Of a DNA stretch of 32,000 nucleotides, positions 17,076-24,960 are shown one piece after another. The DNA is taken from positions 1,965,622 to 1,997,621 of the forward strand of contig CP113000.1 of NCBI GenBank assembly GCA_026625185.1. Reading direction: 5' to 3'. Positions within the stretch are counted from its first letter, which is position 1, and each line of letters begins with the position of its first letter. Under the pieces are notes generated by a model. That model did not search any database, had not been told where the DNA came from, and worked only from the letters and a program-made list of their open reading frames with translations. The stretch comes from Thermodesulfobacteriota bacterium. Its GTDB lineage: Bacteria > Desulfobacterota > WTBG01 > JAGOGO01. A program made the position numbers and the translations under genes.

Positions 17076-17945
17076 GTGTTATTAGAAAAAAGAACAATTC
17101 AAAATTGCGTGAGCGAACAAAAAAATACTGTAGACTCAACATCGCTTGACTTGAGTCAAAAACATTTTTTAAAGATAAGCAAAACAGTTCACCAAATGTG
17201 CGGCATTAGCCTTCACGAGGGGAAAAAGGCCTTAGTGCGATTCCGTCTTTTGAAGCGGCTTCGGGCGTTGGGAATGGAAAGTTTTAAAGAATATATTGAC
17301 TTTCTTGAGCATGATAGTTCCGGAAAAGAAATCCGTTCGCTGATTGATGTTATGACCACCAACAAAACCAACTTTTTTCGGGAGATAACCCATTTTAATT
17401 ACCTTCGCGAGAATATTTTACCTGACCTCAAGGTGCCGCACCTTCGTTTCTGGTGCGCCGGGTGTTCTTCGGGTGAAGAACCTTTTTCATTAGCTATTGT
17501 GCTGCGCGAAGAAATAGAGAACATTGACATAAGGGATATTAAGATTTTAGCAACCGATGTCTCTTTAAAAATGCTGGAGATGGTTCGTCAGGCATACTAT
17601 TCTCCAGAAATGCTCGGTGATATAACTCCACTGCTGCTGCAAAAATATTTTATCCGAGTTCGAAGCGAATCAACGACGCTTTACCAGGTTAAAGATGAAA
17701 TACGGGCGATGGTCCGCATAGGCCGGATTAACTTGATAGAACCCTGGCCCATGAAAGGTCTTTTTCATGTTATCTTTTGCAGAAATGTCATGATCTATTT
17801 TGACCGGCAAACCCAGCAGGAGCTTATAAATCGTTTTTGGGAATTTCTTCAAACCGGCGGGTACCTCTTTCTTGGTCATTCGGAGAGCCTTTCGGCCATT
17901 AGTCATAATTTTAAATATATGACCCCAGCGGTCTACCGAAAATAA
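17076..17945 (+). CDS. cheR: CheR chemotaxis protein methyltransferase
   Basis: 289 aa with a GTG start and AAGAGG upstream. Motifs seen: TNKTNFFRE, and the SAM-binding region RFWCAGCSSGEEPFSLAI ... IFCRNVMIYFD. Confidence 0.9.
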   Translation: MLLEKRTIQNCVSEQKNTVDSTSLDLSQKHFLKISKTVHQMCGISLHEGKKALVRFRLLKRLRALGMESFKEYIDFLEHDSSGKEIRSLIDVMTTNKTNFFREITHFNYLRENILPDLKVPHLRFWCAGCSSGEEPFSLAIVLREEIENIDIRDIKILATDVSLKMLEMVRQAYYSPEMLGDITPLLLQKYFIRVRSESTTLYQVKDEIRAMVRIGRINLIEPWPMKGLFHVIFCRNVMIYFDRQTQQELINRFWEFLQTGGYLFLGHSESLSAISHNFKYMTPAVYRK

Positions 17946-17967
17946 AAAAATCTTATCTGACGAGACC

Positions 17968-18438
17968 ATGCACATTCGCAAGGAGATTATTTATCACGTT
18001 TTGGAAGAGATTCTGGAGAACTTAGCTTTTCTCTTTTTTGCGCCGGACGACACCCGGGATACCATGGACTATAATTTGGCGGTTGCGGCCAAGATATCCT
18101 TTACCGGCCTTTTTTCAGGCATGCTGGTTCTTGCTATTTCTAATCAGATTCTTCCTGAAATAGCTCGAAACATGCTTGGGGTAGACGAAGACATTCCTGT
18201 TCATCACCAGCACGACGCCTTTAAAGAGCTTCTCAATGTGATCTGTGGAAACATGCTGCCCGCGATCGCAGGGAAAAGAGAAGTTTTTACTATTGGTGTT
18301 CCCGATATCATTTCCCCGGAAGAAATGACCGCGTCAGCTTTTCGTTGCCCCACAACATCCATGGCCAAAGCAGAACTGGATAGTGGTAAGATTGATTTTT
18401 TTTTACTTATTGATGGCGAAGAGATCCCCGAAACATAG
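17968..18438 (+). CDS. CheX/CheC-like small chemotaxis phosphatase-family protein
   Basis: 156 aa. It has the signature D-x3-E-x2-N (DAFKELLNVICGNMLPAIAGKREVFTIGVP) with Pro at the same spacing as in the 11171-12022 protein. The gene sits between cheR and cheB. Confidence 0.6.
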   Translation: MHIRKEIIYHVLEEILENLAFLFFAPDDTRDTMDYNLAVAAKISFTGLFSGMLVLAISNQILPEIARNMLGVDEDIPVHHQHDAFKELLNVICGNMLPAIAGKREVFTIGVPDIISPEEMTASAFRCPTTSMAKAELDSGKIDFFLLIDGEEIPET

Positions 18439-18482
18439 GGTGTTAAAAAATTATTTCTGGAGGAAATGGGAAGATTAAGCGA

Positions 18483-19541
18483 ATGATCAAAGTTCTTATT
18501 GTAGATGATTCTGCGGTCATCCGTAAAATTTTGACCGAGGAACTGTTTAAATACCAAGATATCGACATTATCGGCACTGCGGTTGACCCTTATATCGCCC
18601 GGGATAAAATCGTGCGCCTTCGTCCGGATGTTATTACTCTTGACTTAGAAATGCCCCGGATGGATGGTCTCTCATTTTTGGCGAAACTGATGCAGTATTA
18701 TCCTGTGCCGGTGGTAATACTGAGTTCCTTTACGCCGGAAAATAGCGAAAATGCTTTACGAGCCTTAGAATTAGGTGCGGTTGAAGCCATTTGTAAACCG
18801 GGGTCTTCATATGCTGCTGCAGATGTTTCTAGGAGGTTGGTTCAGGCTATTCGGGCGGCAGCGTCTTCACGGATCGTAAGTTTAAAACAATCAGTCACTA
18901 CCCCAGCCATAGGGCAACTTAATAACCTTCACATCCAAACCGCTGACAAGGTAATTGCTATTGGCGCCTCTACCGGAGGAACCAGGGCTATCGGGATTGT
19001 GCTTATGAGCCTTCCTAAAAATACGCCTGGTGTCTTAATTGTTCAACATATGCCGGAAAGCTTCACTCACGCTTATGCGGAAAGATTAAATAAAATGTGC
19101 TTGCTTGAGGTGAGGGAAGCTAAGGATAATGATCATGTAAAACCGGGAGTAGCATTAATTGCACCCGGCGATCGACATATGATACTTAGCCAAAGCAGAG
19201 GGAAAAATGTGGTAAAGATTAAAGAAGGCCCGCCAGTTAATTATCAAAGGCCCAGTGTTGATGTATTATTTCAATCAGTAGCTCGATGCGCCGGGGAAAA
19301 TGCAATGGGGGTTTTGCTGACCGGTATGGGAGCTGACGGCGCCAAAGGAATGCTTGCTTTATATGAACGCGGGGCTTACACTATAGCACAGGATGAGGAG
19401 AGTTGCGTGGTATTTGGCATGCCACGGGAAGCGATAAAACTTGGCGCGGTTGATAAAGTTGTTTCTTTGCAAGAAATCCCCCGGACGATTATTAAGGCTT
19501 CAGATAATCCACTGATAAAACCGCGGGTAAAAAGATTATAA
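18483..19541 (+). CDS. cheB: CheB protein-glutamate methylesterase (REC + esterase)
   Basis: 352 aa. The receiver is canonical (VDDS, ITLDLEMPRMDG, KP). The esterase catalytic motifs are GASTGG, QHMP and TGMGADG. Confidence 0.95.
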   Translation: MIKVLIVDDSAVIRKILTEELFKYQDIDIIGTAVDPYIARDKIVRLRPDVITLDLEMPRMDGLSFLAKLMQYYPVPVVILSSFTPENSENALRALELGAVEAICKPGSSYAAADVSRRLVQAIRAAASSRIVSLKQSVTTPAIGQLNNLHIQTADKVIAIGASTGGTRAIGIVLMSLPKNTPGVLIVQHMPESFTHAYAERLNKMCLLEVREAKDNDHVKPGVALIAPGDRHMILSQSRGKNVVKIKEGPPVNYQRPSVDVLFQSVARCAGENAMGVLLTGMGADGAKGMLALYERGAYTIAQDEESCVVFGMPREAIKLGAVDKVVSLQEIPRTIIKASDNPLIKPRVKRL

Positions 19542-19671
19542 CCTGAGGTTTTTTAGTTAGTTGCCGATTGATGTGGCAAAACAGACAAAAAAAGGATTTA
19601 TTAAAAAAAATCATTATCAGCGAAAAAATTTTTAAAAGAGAAAAATAGGTAAAAAATCGGATACTCCCGCC

Positions 19672-20157
19672 TTGACAAATTATTTTCTCAAGCCTGGCTA
19701 CATCTTTTTGCCTTCGAAATCAGTGTCGATCTCAACGGTGCTTGGCTCTAGTGTTTCGGTCTGTATTTATGATCGGAGGCGGAAAGTAGGAGGAATGAAT
19801 CACTTTAGGCTTCCTTATACCCGGGAGAAGCATATAGCGACCCCGATATTTGGGAACGTTGCCACGCTGGCTCTGATCCGGATGATGCTCGAAGATGGTT
19901 CTAAATTAAAACACTTGGAAGCACAAATTTTCGGGGGGGCGCATAATTTCAAACTTTGTCCCCAGAATATTGGATTAGAAAATATTAAGATTGCCCGGAG
20001 AATCTTGGTACGGAAGAGCGTACCCATTGTTTCGGAAGATGTTGGAGGAATGAAAGGAAGAAAAGTTGTTTTTTCCACCAATTTTAATGAAATCGTTGTA
20101 CTCCGCGTAGAACGTCTCCGGAGGTCTGACTGGTACCCTTATGATGAGGACCGTTAG
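19672..20157 (+). CDS. cheD: CheD chemoreceptor glutamine deamidase
   Basis: 161 aa. LGSSVSVCIYD...GGMNHFRLP...GG..GRKV is the CheD pattern. TTG is the first possible start after an in-frame stop at 19633 and has no clear SD, so the 5' boundary is uncertain. Confidence 0.8.
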   Translation: MTNYFLKPGYIFLPSKSVSISTVLGSSVSVCIYDRRRKVGGMNHFRLPYTREKHIATPIFGNVATLALIRMMLEDGSKLKHLEAQIFGGAHNFKLCPQNIGLENIKIARRILVRKSVPIVSEDVGGMKGRKVVFSTNFNEIVVLRVERLRRSDWYPYDEDR

Positions 20158-20168
20158 CGTCTTTTTCG

Positions 20169-20197
20169 TAATCGGATTTTAACTAATCGGATTTTAA
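20169..20197. repeat. Two perfect 14-bp direct repeats, TAATCGGATTTTAA, with a 15-bp period
   Basis: Copies at 20169-20182 and 20184-20197, in the convergent gap between cheD and yihY. Confidence 0.8.
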
Positions 20198-20281
20198 ATA
20201 AGTTTTAGCTTGCTGTACTCTATGTTTTTGGGGTTAGCCCATTCCTTTCGATATTTTTGGGCTGGATTTTGAAATGAGGGC

Positions 20282-21601
20282 CTATAGATTTTTAAGCGGT
20301 ATATTCTCGGAAGAAATAATAACTAAATGATCCAAAGATGCTAACGTGCTCGATATCTTTTGGATCTCATGATCATTAACAAAAGGAATGTTCCCATTGC
20401 CTTTTCTATCGAGCAGGTCGAGGACCTTTTTAATGGTAAGGTTCGCCACATCCTGGGCGGGCTGATAATAGCATTCTGATTCATCGCTTTGTTTTACTTC
20501 GGATAATACCCTCGCTTCAACTAAGTCGAAAAGAATTTCCCGGACAAGACGAATCGGCGCTCCTGACGCATGTGTAATAACATGAATATCGGCCGGCTTT
20601 TCTCCCTGACAGAAATTTTTCACACAGAGCTTCACTATCCTGAGCGCTAAGAGTTTTTTATAGTAATAACTGGTTTTTTGAGTGTCGGTTTCAAATTCAT
20701 AGTCCTCTTCATTATGGACCGCAAAAGAGATCTCCGCGCCAAGCAAAACAATAAGCCAGCTTAATTGCAGCCAGGCTAAAAATAAAGGAAGTGCGGCAAA
20801 GCCTCCATAGATGGCATTATATTTTGCAACCCCGATTTGAAATAAAATATAAGCTTTCTGAACCAGTTGAAAAATGGTCCCGGTTATTATGCCGGCAAAA
20901 ATTCCTCCTTTAAAACTTACGCTGGTATTGGGAACAACTATATAGAGCAGGGTAAAAAGAACCCAAAGGAAAACGAAGGGTGACAGTTTTAAAAGAAAGA
21001 AAATTAATGGACTGATCTTGCCCAATAAAGAAATTTTTTCGGTGATAAGTGTCATCTGGCTGGTAATAAACACGGTGAGACTGCTTGACGTTATCATCAG
21101 AACCGGACAAATCAACATTAGGGAAAGATAGTTGCTCAGTCTTCTTCCGAACCCCCGCCCTTTTTGGACGTACCAAATGTCATTGAATGCGTTTTCAATG
21201 TTATTGAATAAGCTTATGATTGCCCAAAAGAGGACTAAAACCCCGACCCCGGCAACAACTCCTCCTTTGGTGTTTGCTAACAGGGCATTGGCAAACGTGA
21301 TTGCCCATTGGAGAACCTCTTGTTGGCTTTCAAGTTCATGAATGAGGAAGAGTTGGAGATTTTTTTCTAAACCGAACCCTTTGGAAATGGCAAAGGCCAG
21401 GGCGATTACCGGGATAACCGAAAGGAGTGAATAAAACGTTAACGCGGAGGCTCTTAATTGACATTTGTCTTCATCAAAGCCACGCAAGGATAAAAGCAAT
21501 ATTCGTAACGGCCTTAAAAGGAACAATTTGCCGCGGGGAACTTCTTTAATCCGGACGCGCCAGATTTCATTTCTTAAGTAGTTAAAAATTTTTGCAAACA
21601 T
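20282..21601 (-). CDS. YihY/BrkB-family inner-membrane protein with a C-terminal cytoplasmic extension
   Basis: A multi-TM protein with LRASALTFYSLLSVIPV, typical of YihY. The start at 21601 (MFAKIFNYL) is preferred because GAGGA lies 5 nt upstream. The track start at 21688 adds 29 aa with no SD. Confidence 0.8.
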   Translation of the reverse strand: MFAKIFNYLRNEIWRVRIKEVPRGKLFLLRPLRILLLSLRGFDEDKCQLRASALTFYSLLSVIPVIALAFAISKGFGLEKNLQLFLIHELESQQEVLQWAITFANALLANTKGGVVAGVGVLVLFWAIISLFNNIENAFNDIWYVQKGRGFGRRLSNYLSLMLICPVLMITSSSLTVFITSQMTLITEKISLLGKISPLIFFLLKLSPFVFLWVLFTLLYIVVPNTSVSFKGGIFAGIITGTIFQLVQKAYILFQIGVAKYNAIYGGFAALPLFLAWLQLSWLIVLLGAEISFAVHNEEDYEFETDTQKTSYYYKKLLALRIVKLCVKNFCQGEKPADIHVITHASGAPIRLVREILFDLVEARVLSEVKQSDESECYYQPAQDVANLTIKKVLDLLDRKGNGNIPFVNDHEIQKISSTLASLDHLVIISSENIPLKNL

Positions 21602-21706
21602 CTTTTCCTCGGGCCAACTCTCGAGCTTCGTTTCTTTAGATACCTCATTAAGTAAAAGAAAGAAATAATTTTTCCGTTGCCAAAGCAAGAGAATCCAAAA
21701 AATTAC

Positions 21707-22231
21707 TTAAGCACCATCAAGTCCATGGTGTTCTTTTTTTTGGTACCAGGATATTGGATCAGTCAAAAATTCTTCAGTATCTTTGAGGGAAAGATAATGC
21801 GCGTGTTCGATTTTCGCGAGAAGATCAAAAAAATGTTTTTCTTGCTGGTCGGTGATGTGATCGCGGAGTGCAGCATAGTGCTTTGCGCCGCTTGCTTCGA
21901 AATCAATAGCTATGCGGATGGCTTCAAGATCGTCAGCGTCTCCTTCAGGAATCTCTTCTGCTTTATTAAGCATATCGACCAAAATGCTTTTAACCAAGGT
22001 ATCTTTTACTTTGAGGGGAACGGTTTCCGGCCAGGCCCCCTGGCTTTCCCAGCGCTTATGAAGCTCTTTGAGCCTTTCGTAATGTTCCAGTTCTTCATCT
22101 CCGAGGTGCAGGAAGATGGCTTTGCCGAGAGGATTTTTGGTTCTTTGCGCATTACGAAGATAGAATTCCCGCTCCCTAATTTCATTTTGTAGGGCTACTT
22201 CCAGGGCATTGAGCCGTTCTTTTTCATCCAT
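21707..22231 (-). CDS. Rubrerythrin/ferritin-like di-iron four-helix-bundle protein without a rubredoxin domain
   Basis: 174 aa with paired E...ExxH-type segments (GDEELEHYERL, EASGAKHY, KIEHAHYLSL). It lies directly upstream of yihY on the same strand. Confidence 0.65.
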   Translation of the reverse strand: MDEKERLNALEVALQNEIREREFYLRNAQRTKNPLGKAIFLHLGDEELEHYERLKELHKRWESQGAWPETVPLKVKDTLVKSILVDMLNKAEEIPEGDADDLEAIRIAIDFEASGAKHYAALRDHITDQQEKHFFDLLAKIEHAHYLSLKDTEEFLTDPISWYQKKEHHGLDGA

Positions 22232-22312
22232 GGGTATCTCCTTTAAGGTAAATATGACAATGCAAAAAAAGATAGATGAACTTATAAACAGTTGAAAAAG
22301 GTAATAAAAAAT

Positions 22313-22341
22313 ACTATACTAAAAATAATAATACCTGTCAA
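22313..22341 (-). promoter_or_regulatory. Near-consensus sigma-70 promoter for the rubrerythrin-like/yihY operon
   Basis: Minus strand: TTGACA (22341-22336), a 17-nt spacer, then TATAGT (22318-22313). It sits about 82 nt upstream of the ATG at 22231. Confidence 0.55.
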
Positions 22342-22443
22342 AACATTCATAAATCCTTAAAAACGGATAAATAAAAGGTTATTCCTTTGATTGACCATGG
22401 CTCCAATGGATGCATTGGTTAGGCCAAGATTTGGTGTTTGCCC

Positions 22444-23337
22444 TCATCCTGAGGCAAATAGCCCAATAGCGTTCAGATCCTCCGCCGTGTTAATCCACCC
22501 TTCCTTTCCGTCAATACGGACCTTCACCCATATATCCGCACCCACGGATAGACATAAGACCTCCGATCCCTCTCCCCAGATGATGAGGACATTGCCGGCC
22601 ACGACATCGACTTTGGAGTCTATCTTAACCACAATGTGTGCCGCGGTCCCGCTGCGTTCGTTGGGTTCACGGAACATGCGCACGAATGTCATCTCTTGTT
22701 CCCGGGTAGTGACTCGGACTCCATTGACCGGCATTTCGCAACCTTCCTCGGCGAATCCATGACCCGTCTGGTACATACAATGTTGTCCTGGCGCAAACTT
22801 GCCCTCGCGCCAGTCTATGCGCAACGGAACGGAAACGAAAAAGTATCCTGTCCAAACCCGAATTTTGATCATATCCGGTAGAATTCGGGTCAGATTCCCT
22901 ATGCGGTTGATGGTTCCGGGAACGAACTCGCCCCATTCGCCCTCAGTTACCAGAGGCTTGCCAAAGGGCGCAAGCTTGCCTCCAACGACACCCAGTATCT
23001 GCCAGGGACCTCCAGTAAGTGGTGCTGAAGGCAAACACCCCGACTCAATCAGGAATCCCGTACCGTTGCTGCCACGGAGCAGTCGGATGTCCGCCGAGCA
23101 ACTCTCGGTAAATGTTCCCTCCTGTATCTCGAATGGGTAGAATTTCTGGTACTGGATCTCGTCGGTGGCATCACGGATATCGAGCGATACCAGCGTCCGA
23201 GAATCGAGGCCAGCCTGAGACTGATGTTCCGATTTGCGTGTGGTCTCTTTTTGCCCGACAGCGAGTCTCGGTGCATGACCGTAACCTGCCCAAAGGACCA
23301 ATAAAGTCAAAATCGACCTCGAAACGATTTGCTTCAA
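22444..23337 (-). CDS. Hypothetical exported protein (signal peptide; possible SH3-like C-terminus)
   Basis: 297 aa. TTG start with GGAG 8 nt upstream. The N-terminus MKQIVSRSILTLLVLWAGYGHA is signal-like. The C-terminus IWVKVRIDGKEGWINTAEDL resembles a bacterial SH3 domain. The GC content is high relative to neighbours. I recognised no family. Confidence 0.6.
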   Translation of the reverse strand: MKQIVSRSILTLLVLWAGYGHAPRLAVGQKETTRKSEHQSQAGLDSRTLVSLDIRDATDEIQYQKFYPFEIQEGTFTESCSADIRLLRGSNGTGFLIESGCLPSAPLTGGPWQILGVVGGKLAPFGKPLVTEGEWGEFVPGTINRIGNLTRILPDMIKIRVWTGYFFVSVPLRIDWREGKFAPGQHCMYQTGHGFAEEGCEMPVNGVRVTTREQEMTFVRMFREPNERSGTAAHIVVKIDSKVDVVAGNVLIIWGEGSEVLCLSVGADIWVKVRIDGKEGWINTAEDLNAIGLFASG

Positions 23338-23434
23338 TAAAGAAACTCCATCTTTTGGTGCCAGTGTTTATATTGATCCCGATAAGACCCCAAATGCGTT
23401 ACCCAATCTATATAAATCGACTTAAGGCACGGTT

Positions 23435-23454
23435 GTTAAAAATTTTATAATTTA
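23435..23454 (-). repeat. Copy 1 of the duplicated upstream element (core GTTAAAAATTTTATAATTTA)
   Basis: About 100 nt upstream of the 22444-23337 gene. The core is 19/20 identical to 24686-24705, and weaker similarity extends to roughly 60 nt (TAAGGC..GG..GTTAA.AATTTTATAATTT..GGG). Confidence 0.6.
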
Positions 23455-23614
23455 GGGACCCCGCTTTCTTTTCCCAATAATCCCGAATTCTCCTGGAGCG
23501 ATAGCGAATTGGGGAGCGACTCGTTGGACATCTTACTTTCTTCCCAATGCCTCATTTCTGCAGCCTGCTCACAGTTTCGCACACCATCCTTGGTTTTGCT
23601 TGTTTGACAAAACA

Positions 23615-24499
23615 TTACCAGGCTGGTTGTAACCCGCTAATTCCTTTTAGTGCAGTTCGTTCATCACGAATAACTCCATTCATTTCAACTGTTCCGGTTC
23701 CCGTGCATAAATAGGTCTCGACATATGTTGGTTGATTGGGCTCAATGTTAATCTGTACCGTAGCTGGAATTTTGTCCTTGTTGACGTCCTGCACGAAGAA
23801 ACTCGTTTCCTGACCCAAAGTTCGGTAGTAAGGATATGGATCAATAGTTACTGTGTGTGCACCCACACTTATCTCGCAAGTCAGGTATTCGCCTTTTGCC
23901 AGATCGCCCACGATAGTGCCATCAACCGCGACCGATGGCTTGAAGATATTGGCGTCAAACCTTGGGAACTTGCACGGTGAATGTGAGGGGCGGTAGACAA
24001 AAAGTGCTGGGCCACGACACGTCGAGTCTCCAAGACGTAGACTTACGACCTGAGTAGCCAGGCCGCTGGAGTTAAGCCAGTCGCGAACCTGCTTCCCTAC
24101 GGTGTGGAAATTTTTGAATTTGGCTGTCCCAGTATTAAGCACTTTGCCATCTGAATCAAAGGCAATAAACAGAAGGTTAGACTCGCTCAATGGCTCGATG
24201 TGAGGGGGAACAGTACCGAATAAACCGGCAACCCAAACAAGATAGCCCCTCCGAATGCCCCACATATATACAAAGACCTTTCGGGGTCCCAAATCGAGGA
24301 TGGGTTCGCCGAGCCGAGCTTTCACGGCAGATGAATCTTGGCCCTGGGAGCACATAGATTTGACTTCGTTTTCCGTAACCGCTTGACCAGATACTATGGT
24401 TTTCTTTGTTGGGATGGGGACGGCGACACATCCGGGAAGCAAGACTGCCAGCCAGATTCCAAGGGCCAGCAATACTAAATAGCGAAAGTAGGGACTCAT
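23615..24499 (-). CDS. Hypothetical lipoprotein (lipobox LLPGC) with a DUF2846-like C-terminal region
   Basis: The start at 24499 gives MSPYFRYLVLLALGIWLAVLLPGC, which is a basic n-region, a hydrophobic core and a lipobox. The C-terminal region VAVDGTIVGDLAKGEYLTCEISVGAHTVTIDP resembles DUF2846. The longer track ORF (to 24667) adds 56 non-signal residues from a TTG with no SD. Confidence 0.6.
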   Translation of the reverse strand: MSPYFRYLVLLALGIWLAVLLPGCVAVPIPTKKTIVSGQAVTENEVKSMCSQGQDSSAVKARLGEPILDLGPRKVFVYMWGIRRGYLVWVAGLFGTVPPHIEPLSESNLLFIAFDSDGKVLNTGTAKFKNFHTVGKQVRDWLNSSGLATQVVSLRLGDSTCRGPALFVYRPSHSPCKFPRFDANIFKPSVAVDGTIVGDLAKGEYLTCEISVGAHTVTIDPYPYYRTLGQETSFFVQDVNKDKIPATVQINIEPNQPTYVETYLCTGTGTVEMNGVIRDERTALKGISGLQPAW

Positions 24500-24685
24500 A
24501 GACTTGGGTCTTTTTGATAAAAGTTGAGGCTGAGGAAGCGGTAAATCCCAACGAGATTTTACTTTCGGTTTCAGATCATTTCCCGCTACCAGCGTCCCAT
24601 TCAGCTCACCATCGGTCGCAAAACGGTCTTTCAACATTGCCGAACCATTGCGGCATAACAATATCAATCCGCATAAGGCGCAGGG

Positions 24686-24706
24686 GTTAAGAATTTTATA
24701 ATTTTA
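24686..24706 (-). repeat. Copy 2 of the duplicated upstream element (core GTTAAGAATTTTATAATTTTA)
   Basis: Upstream of the lipoprotein gene. See copy 1 at 23435-23454. Confidence 0.6.
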
Positions 24707-24813
24707 TGGGCATTCCCTTTATTCTTCTGTATAACACCGCGTGTCAGGGGCGCGCGGTTTTTGCGTGTCCCTTGCACACGCATGTTCTGTGGTCCTTTAT
24801 ATCGGTGAATGGC

Positions 24814-24960
24814 TCAGGGCAGGACCCTGGCAGCCGACAAGAACATAAGTTTAAGACCAATTGGTTTAACAATTAGACCTGCTATAAATGCCAGCCAGCC
24901 AATAATGGCCAGGGCAACAGGATGAACCTGTGTCATTCTGTTGAACACGTTTTTCACCAT
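24814..24960 (-). CDS. Small (48 aa) single-TM membrane protein, hypothetical
   Basis: The internal ATG at 24960 is preceded by AAGGAG 8 nt upstream. The product is MVKNVFNRMTQVHPVALAIIGWLAFIAGLIVKPIGLKLMFLSAARVLP, with one hydrophobic helix. The longer track ORF (to 25041) has no SD. Confidence 0.45.
   Translation of the reverse strand: MVKNVFNRMTQVHPVALAIIGWLAFIAGLIVKPIGLKLMFLSAARVLP

Noticed and set aside
21602-21688. A 29-aa N-terminal extension of YihY (track start 21688)
   Set aside because: The internal ATG at 21601 has a GAGGA SD and gives an N-terminus typical of the family. The extension has no SD.
23358-23363. A minus-strand TGGCAC just upstream of the 22444-23337 gene, as a sigma-54 promoter
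   Set aside because: The -12 position reads GATGG, not TTGCW. The hexamer also sits only about 20 nt from the start codon.
22391-23450. A dense set of overlapping ORFs on both strands (22391-22762, 22636-22881, 22667-22936, 22799-23140, 23049-23276, 23112-23450)
   Set aside because: They are a by-product of local high GC, which leaves few stop codons. All overlap the longer signal-peptide ORF, and their products are Arg/Pro/Ser-rich.
24500-24667. A 56-aa N-terminal extension of the lipoprotein ORF (track start 24667, TTG)
   Set aside because: It has no SD, and the extension would bury an otherwise textbook signal peptide and lipobox that begins at Met57.
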